From Candidatus Saccharimonadota bacterium (GTDB taxonomy: Bacteria; Bacteroidota; Bacteroidia; Cytophagales; Amoebophilaceae): DNA of 32,000 nucleotides. Numbering within the stretch: the first letter of the stretch is position 1; each line of letters starts with the position of its first letter. A program made the translations under genes and the position numbers. Below the pieces are notes generated by a model. The model had not been told where the DNA came from and searched no databases. It worked only from the letters and a program-made list of their open reading frames with translations. The stretch is from the NCBI RefSeq assembly GCF_936981045.1, contig NZ_OW441264.1, positions 720,001 through 752,000 on the forward strand, given 5' to 3'. Shown piece by piece: positions 27,831-32,000 of this stretch.

Positions 27831-27838
27831 TTTACGCC

Positions 27839-28831
27839 TTAAAAAGATTGAATACCTATCGCTTCTCGCACCATTGCTATCGTTACTTTAGCCAATTGAG
27901 CTGCTTTTGCGGTACCTTGATGGAGTATTTCTTTTACTATTTTAGCATCCAAGTTATTCCTTTTTTCTCTGATTGGTGCTAATAAAAGTTGTAAACTATC
28001 ATTTAAGATATTTTTAATCACTACATCACCTAACCCACCGCGTCTATAGTCGGCTTTTAAATCGGCAACAGATTCTTCATCACTATGAAAGGCATCCAAA
28101 TAGGTAAATACAACATTCCCTTCTACACGGCCAGGGTTACTAGCTTTAGCATGGTTAGGATCTGTATACATTTGAAAAACTTTTTGTTTGATCACTTCTG
28201 GTGGGTCGGAGAGTGCAATGGCATTGTCCAGTGATTTGCTTGACTTGGATTTACCATCTATACCCACTAATCTAGATGTTTTACTTAAAACCGCCTTACA
28301 TTCTTTTAAAACGTTGGTATGATAAATCTTATTAAAACGCCTAACAATTGCATTGGTTTGTTCAATCATGGGCAATTGGTCGTCCCCAACCGGTACCAAC
28401 TCTGCTTGAAATAGGGTAATGTCTGCCGCTTGACTGACCGGATAACAGAAAAAACCTGCCGGAATAGCTTTATTGTACCCTTTTTGCTGGATTTCATACT
28501 TTATAGTAGGGTTTCGGTGCAATTGACGCAAGGTAACAAGGTTGAGATAATAAACCGTTAGCTCTGCGATTTCTGATATTTGAGACTGTACTACAATCGT
28601 TGTTTGGTTAGGATCAATCCCAATACTTAAATAATCTTTAGTAAGTTCAACAATATTTTGGGTAATTTTTGCTGGATTATCAAAATGATCCGTTAAGGCT
28701 TGTAGATCTGCCACTAAAATGTACTGATCATACGTACTTTGTAACTTGATTCTGTTTTGCAAGGACCCAATATAATGGCCTAAATGGAGCCTCCCAGTTG
28801 GTCTATCACCCGTTAAAATTTTCTTTTTCAT
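27839..28831 (-). CDS. trpS: Tryptophan--tRNA ligase
   Basis: HIGH motif GRLHLGHYIG, KMSKS-type motif KSKSSKS, and a length of 330 aa typical of bacterial TrpRS. Confidence 0.93.
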   Translation of the reverse strand: MKKKILTGDRPTGRLHLGHYIGSLQNRIKLQSTYDQYILVADLQALTDHFDNPAKITQNIVELTKDYLSIGIDPNQTTIVVQSQISEIAELTVYYLNLVTLRQLHRNPTIKYEIQQKGYNKAIPAGFFCYPVSQAADITLFQAELVPVGDDQLPMIEQTNAIVRRFNKIYHTNVLKECKAVLSKTSRLVGIDGKSKSSKSLDNAIALSDPPEVIKQKVFQMYTDPNHAKASNPGRVEGNVVFTYLDAFHSDEESVADLKADYRRGGLGDVVIKNILNDSLQLLLAPIREKRNNLDAKIVKEILHQGTAKAAQLAKVTIAMVREAIGIQSF

Positions 28832-28861
28832 GCTTATGTAACCCTATTATACACATCTTTT

Positions 28862-29548
28862 TTATCCTATCTTAGCCTTACATAAGGCATACAATATATA
28901 CAACCAAACACTAAAAAAAAATCCTTCAACATGCATAGCAACTGCTAATAGTGTCCATAGCGCTATTAAACAATAACGAGACCTATTGGCTTGAAAGGAA
29001 AACCCTTGAAATTTTAAAGCTACAAATGGAATATTGGCAACCAATAGATAAGCAAGCAGCATGGTTAATAAAGGCAAAACCAAGGGCTGCGTTAACCCAT
29101 TGACCAAGTTCGGATAAAGGGCGCGCTTTAAAATAATAGGCAATGTCGCTACTATCGTAGCACTAGCTGGTGTGGGCAATCCTACAAATTGATCTACTTG
29201 TTTAGGGTCCACATTAAACCTAGCCAACCTAAACGCAGAAAAGACAACTATGAACAAAGCTGTATAAGGGCGATAAGGACAGCTTTCGTAGGTTTTGATC
29301 AACATATAAAGAATGGCTGTAGGCAACATCCCAAAAGTAATAAGATCTGCCAATGCATCTAATTGCTTGCCAAAGGCAGACTGCGCGCGCAGCAGTTTTG
29401 CAGCAAAGCCATCCAAGAAATCAAAACAAGCACCTATAAAAATGCTATAAGCAGCATATACCAGATGCCCGTTTAGGGCCAATAGGGTGCCTATAGCACC
29501 ACTGATTAGGTTTAAAACAGATAAACAATTGGGAATATATTTTTTCAT
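28862..29548 (-). CDS. pssA: CDP-diacylglycerol--serine O-phosphatidyltransferase (CDP-alcohol phosphatidyltransferase family)
   Basis: CDP-alcohol phosphatidyltransferase signature DFLDGFAAKLLRAQSAFGKQLDALADLITFG in a polytopic membrane protein of the size expected for type II PssA. Confidence 0.85.
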   Translation of the reverse strand: MKKYIPNCLSVLNLISGAIGTLLALNGHLVYAAYSIFIGACFDFLDGFAAKLLRAQSAFGKQLDALADLITFGMLPTAILYMLIKTYESCPYRPYTALFIVVFSAFRLARFNVDPKQVDQFVGLPTPASATIVATLPIILKRALYPNLVNGLTQPLVLPLLTMLLAYLLVANIPFVALKFQGFSFQANRSRYCLIALWTLLAVAMHVEGFFFSVWLYILYALCKAKIG

Positions 29549-29839
29549 ATTTTAGTACATTGAAATTAACCATTGTGCAGCGGCTGCTATAGGATGTTAA
29601 AATCATGCTGTTACAAGTAGTAGCAATATAACTGATTTATGCTCGATATTAAAATCATAGTGGTATCTATCTGTGTCAGCACTTTACTGTATCCTACAGA
29701 AAATCTGAAACTGCTTGACAATAGAGGCATTCAGCCTTACAAATTATCCATTCAACATTTGGCAAATACCCTAATATATATTAAATTAGGTAGCTTTATT
29801 TCGCTTGAAATATCAAGCATTAAAGCAGCTAGAATTTTT

Positions 29840-29922
29840 GCGCATGTGGTGAAAGTAGGTATACACGCTATCTTGAGGGGGTGGTGCTTTCGGGCATGGG
29901 GGTTCGAGTCCCCCCGTGCGCA
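29840..29922 (+). tRNA. tRNA-Leu (anticodon GAG), class II with a long variable arm
   Basis: Manual fold: acceptor GCGCAUG/CGUGCGC, D stem GUG/CAC, anticodon stem CUAUC/GGUGG with loop UUGAGGG, a 13-nt variable arm, T arm GGGGG-UUCGAGU-CCCCC and discriminator A. CCA is not encoded. Confidence 0.9.
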
Positions 29923-30123
29923 CGGGAGAGGAAAATCAGAAGCCGCCCTGCGGCCCCCATTAAATGGTTTTTCCCTGCAGCTGTAAGGTCTATTTTCTGG
30001 CCGCAACTTTTTCCAAACAGTGTTTTTTCTTGTTTCGTGTTTTCAGAAGGTTGAACCAATTGTTAAAGTAGGTGTTAAGGCGTAACATTAAAGCACTTAA
30101 GCGTAGGCTTGTAAAAGCCCTTG

Positions 30124-30198
30124 GGGCGGTTAGCTCAGGTGGTTTAGAGCATTCCGTTGACATCGGAAAGGTCGTTGGTTCGAATCCAATGCCGCCCA
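30124..30198 (+). tRNA. tRNA-Val (anticodon GAC)
   Basis: Manual fold: acceptor GGGCGGU/GCCGCCC, D arm GCUC...GAGC, anticodon stem UUCCG/CGGAA with loop UUGACAU, variable AGGUC, T arm GUUGG-UUCGAAU-CCAAU and discriminator A. It is 75 nt long. Confidence 0.9.
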
Positions 30199-30288
30199 CA
30201 ATATGGACAATATTTAAAACAGCTGCAGTCCTAAGTAGTAGAGATGGTTTTTAAAACCGCATCAATAAATACTAAAATAAATTGATCA

Positions 30289-31122
30289 TTGCGTACCCAT
30301 AGAAGATTTCTGGATTATTTCGAATGTAGGTATCAGTTGGTTATTCGGAATATTGAAAATTTTGCGGAGCATATAACGCCTCCCTTTAGTTATGCAACCC
30401 TTATTACAGTATTTTTATCTTGGTTGTGCATAAGTTTTGGCCTCAGCCTATGGCTGGCTAAAACCGTTTTAGCCAAATGGATGAGCCCCATCTATATAGA
30501 AACAGAAAATCAAAAAAAAATACTTTCCTTGGCTACTACAGTAGAAGCGTTGGAGCAGCAAATTACCTCCCAAACAAAGTTTATTGCCACCCTTCAAAAA
30601 ATCATTCAAGGAAAATCTAAACACCCACTTCGTCCTACAGCCCCTTCTACTATTCTGGAGCCACCAATAGAAACCGCCTCAAAAGCAGAGCCATCTGTAG
30701 CAACAGCAACCGGCTCGAAAAGGCCTATTGAAAATAGGCCACCTTTATTGTTTCCCCCTATTAATGGAATGATTACAAAACCATTCCATAGGGAAGGCAA
30801 CCATTATGGAATTGATATTGTAGCAAAAGAAAAAGATCCTATTAAAGCGATATCAACCGGAATCGTCATTTTTGCTGATTGGTCCGTTGATACAGGATGG
30901 GTTATTGTGATTCAACACTATGATAACATGGTTTCAATCTGTAAACATTGTGCCATTTTATTTAAAAAAGTTGGTAACTTGGTTAGAGCAGGTGATGTAG
31001 TAGCCCTTATGGGCAACTCTGGAGAAATTTCTACGGGGCCACATCTGCACTTTGAGCTTTGGAGAGAAGGCTTTGCACTAAATCCGGAAGACTATATTAA
31101 TTCCCAAAACAATGTTCAATAA
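30289..31122 (+). CDS. M23 family metallopeptidase (LytM-type peptidoglycan endopeptidase)
   Basis: It has an N-terminal membrane anchor, a coiled-coil linker, and a C-terminal M23 domain with HYGIDI (HxxxD) and GPHLHFEL (HxH). The TTG start at 30289 is tentative. Confidence 0.85.
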   Translation: MRTHRRFLDYFECRYQLVIRNIENFAEHITPPFSYATLITVFLSWLCISFGLSLWLAKTVLAKWMSPIYIETENQKKILSLATTVEALEQQITSQTKFIATLQKIIQGKSKHPLRPTAPSTILEPPIETASKAEPSVATATGSKRPIENRPPLLFPPINGMITKPFHREGNHYGIDIVAKEKDPIKAISTGIVIFADWSVDTGWVIVIQHYDNMVSICKHCAILFKKVGNLVRAGDVVALMGNSGEISTGPHLHFELWREGFALNPEDYINSQNNVQ

Positions 31123-31618
31123 CAAAATAAAAAGTACAAATCCTGTGGCCATTAGCAACATCATAGGCCAGGGCTCTCACTTAGAAGGCAATATAAACAC
31201 TACAGGCAATTTGCGTATAGAAGGCAAGATAACGGGCGGCATCAAGACAAAAGCAAAAGTAGTTTTAAGCCATACTGCTCAAATAGAAGGCAATATTGTA
31301 GCACAAAATGCTGAAATTGGTGGAGAGGTCAAAGGAACCATAGAAGTTATAGAATTGCTTGTGCTTAAATCAACTGCAACCGTATGGGGCGATATTATTG
31401 CCAACAAACTGATTTTTGAAGAAGGGGCTTGTTTTGATGGAAAGTGTAAAATGGGTAAGGAGCATAAAGCCATACATGACCAAGGGCAAGATTACCTTTC
31501 TGTTGCTGCAGCTGGTCCATCTTCTGAACTTGAAACAGTTGAACGTGCTACGAATCACTCAGAAAATCCAATAGCATCTACCCGCTCAAATCAATCAATC
31601 AATCATTCCTTAAAATGA
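31112..31618 (+). CDS. Bactofilin family cytoskeletal protein
   Basis: The core is a beta-helical repeat typical of DUF583/bactofilin ([48 protein letters not shown]...). It overlaps the M23 gene by 11 nt. Confidence 0.85.
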   Translation: MFNNKIKSTNPVAISNIIGQGSHLEGNINTTGNLRIEGKITGGIKTKAKVVLSHTAQIEGNIVAQNAEIGGEVKGTIEVIELLVLKSTATVWGDIIANKLIFEEGACFDGKCKMGKEHKAIHDQGQDYLSVAAAGPSSELETVERATNHSENPIASTRSNQSINHSLK

Positions 31619-32000
31619 ATAGGCTAATAGAACCAAAGGTACGTGGATGTATATGCACCACCGCCCATCCGGCAGGCTGCGCCCAAAATGTACACGAACA
31701 AATCAAGTATGTAACCAACCATGCTCCAATTGCATCTGGGCCTAAAAAAGTGCTGGTCATAGGTGCATCTACGGGTTATGGCTTAGCCAGCAGAATAGTG
31801 GCTGCTTTTGGTGCCAGAGCCCAGACCATAGGTATCTTTTTTGAGCGAGCAGCTAACGATAAACGCACAGCTTCTGCTGGTTGGTACCATGCAGCTGCTT
31901 TTGAGCAAGCTGCGCATCAAGCGGGACTTTATGCTAAAAGTATTAATGGCGATGCCTTTTCAGATGCCATAAAGCAAGAAGCCATTGCATTAATAAAACA
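31615..32000 (+). CDS. fabV: Enoyl-[acyl-carrier-protein] reductase FabV (trans-2-enoyl-CoA reductase family), N-terminal 128 codons; runs off the right edge
   Basis: [33 protein letters not shown]...[20 protein letters not shown] matches the characteristic FabV N-terminus (I.P.vRGfIc.taHP.GC...V..QI.YV, GaStGYGLA). The ATG at 31615 overlaps the bactofilin stop (ATGA). It is not in the ORF track because no stop lies in the window. Confidence 0.85.
   Translation, partial: MNRLIEPKVRGCICTTAHPAGCAQNVHEQIKYVTNHAPIASGPKKVLVIGASTGYGLASRIVAAFGARAQTIGIFFERAANDKRTASAGWYHAAAFEQAAHQAGLYAKSINGDAFSDAIKQEAIALIK

Noticed and set aside
29923-29960. GAGGAAAAUCAG resembling the RNase P RNA GAGGAAAGUCC motif, and AGAAGCCGCC resembling SRP RNA
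   Set aside because: Only a few nucleotides match. The surrounding 200 nt are too short and too AT-rich to hold either RNA, and the other universally conserved regions are absent.
29639-30254. Six overlapping track ORFs (60-115 aa) on both strands
   Set aside because: They overlap two well-folding tRNA genes and their spacer, have no recognisable motifs, and their GC-rich codons derive from tRNA stems. They are spurious.
410-31558. Numerous 60-108 aa track ORFs lying antisense or out of frame inside ruvB, the CPBP gene, tyrS, recJ, pdhA, the small TPR gene, the M23 gene, the bactofilin gene and the IS elements (for example 410..610, 537..764, 888..1163, 1746..1928, 8059..8247, 8530..8733, 22906..23094, 24042..24397, 24415..24741, 25046..25276, 25821..26096, 30606..30800, 31279..31558, 6400..6591, 9503..9706)
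   Set aside because: Each is fully contained in a longer ORF with clear family motifs on the other strand or in another frame. None has motifs of its own.

Overview
AT-rich bacterial chromosomal window. The gene content (fabV, an M23 peptidase and bactofilin pair, large TPR proteins, pssA, TTG starts) looks Bacteroidota-like. The heavy load of decayed insertion sequences fits an obligate intracellular symbiont such as an Amoebophilus- or Cardinium-like lineage; that placement is inference only. Housekeeping genes, in order: yebC (partial, missed by the ORF track), ruvB, a CPBP protease, murD, tyrS, a 1000-aa TPR protein, priA, recJ, a small TPR protein, pdhA, trpS, pssA, tRNA-Leu(GAG), tRNA-Val(GAC), an M23 peptidase, bactofilin and fabV (partial, also missed by the track). 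By my own coordinate sums about 11.5 kb, roughly a third of the window, is mobile-element debris from five interacting families. These are an IS6-family element (IR GGTTCTGTCGC), an IS982-family element, an IS256-family element, a class-C-like group II intron, and a 240-bp MITE that shares its termini with the IS982 element. The elements are nested inside one another, rearranged into an inverted duplication, and duplicated as already-dead composites. Every transposase or RT reading frame in the window carries an inactivating lesion. Several host genes survive only as stubs: pdxK, a beta-carbonic anhydrase, a GNAT and one unidentified C-terminal fragment. I found no CRISPR array, defence island, toxin-antitoxin pair or novel multi-gene operon. 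The unusual biology I can support is the mobile-element architecture: the MITE family, the intron homed into a transposase gene, and tyrS bracketed by IS6 halves. All coordinates and boundaries were derived by eye from the sequence and need alignment-based confirmation.
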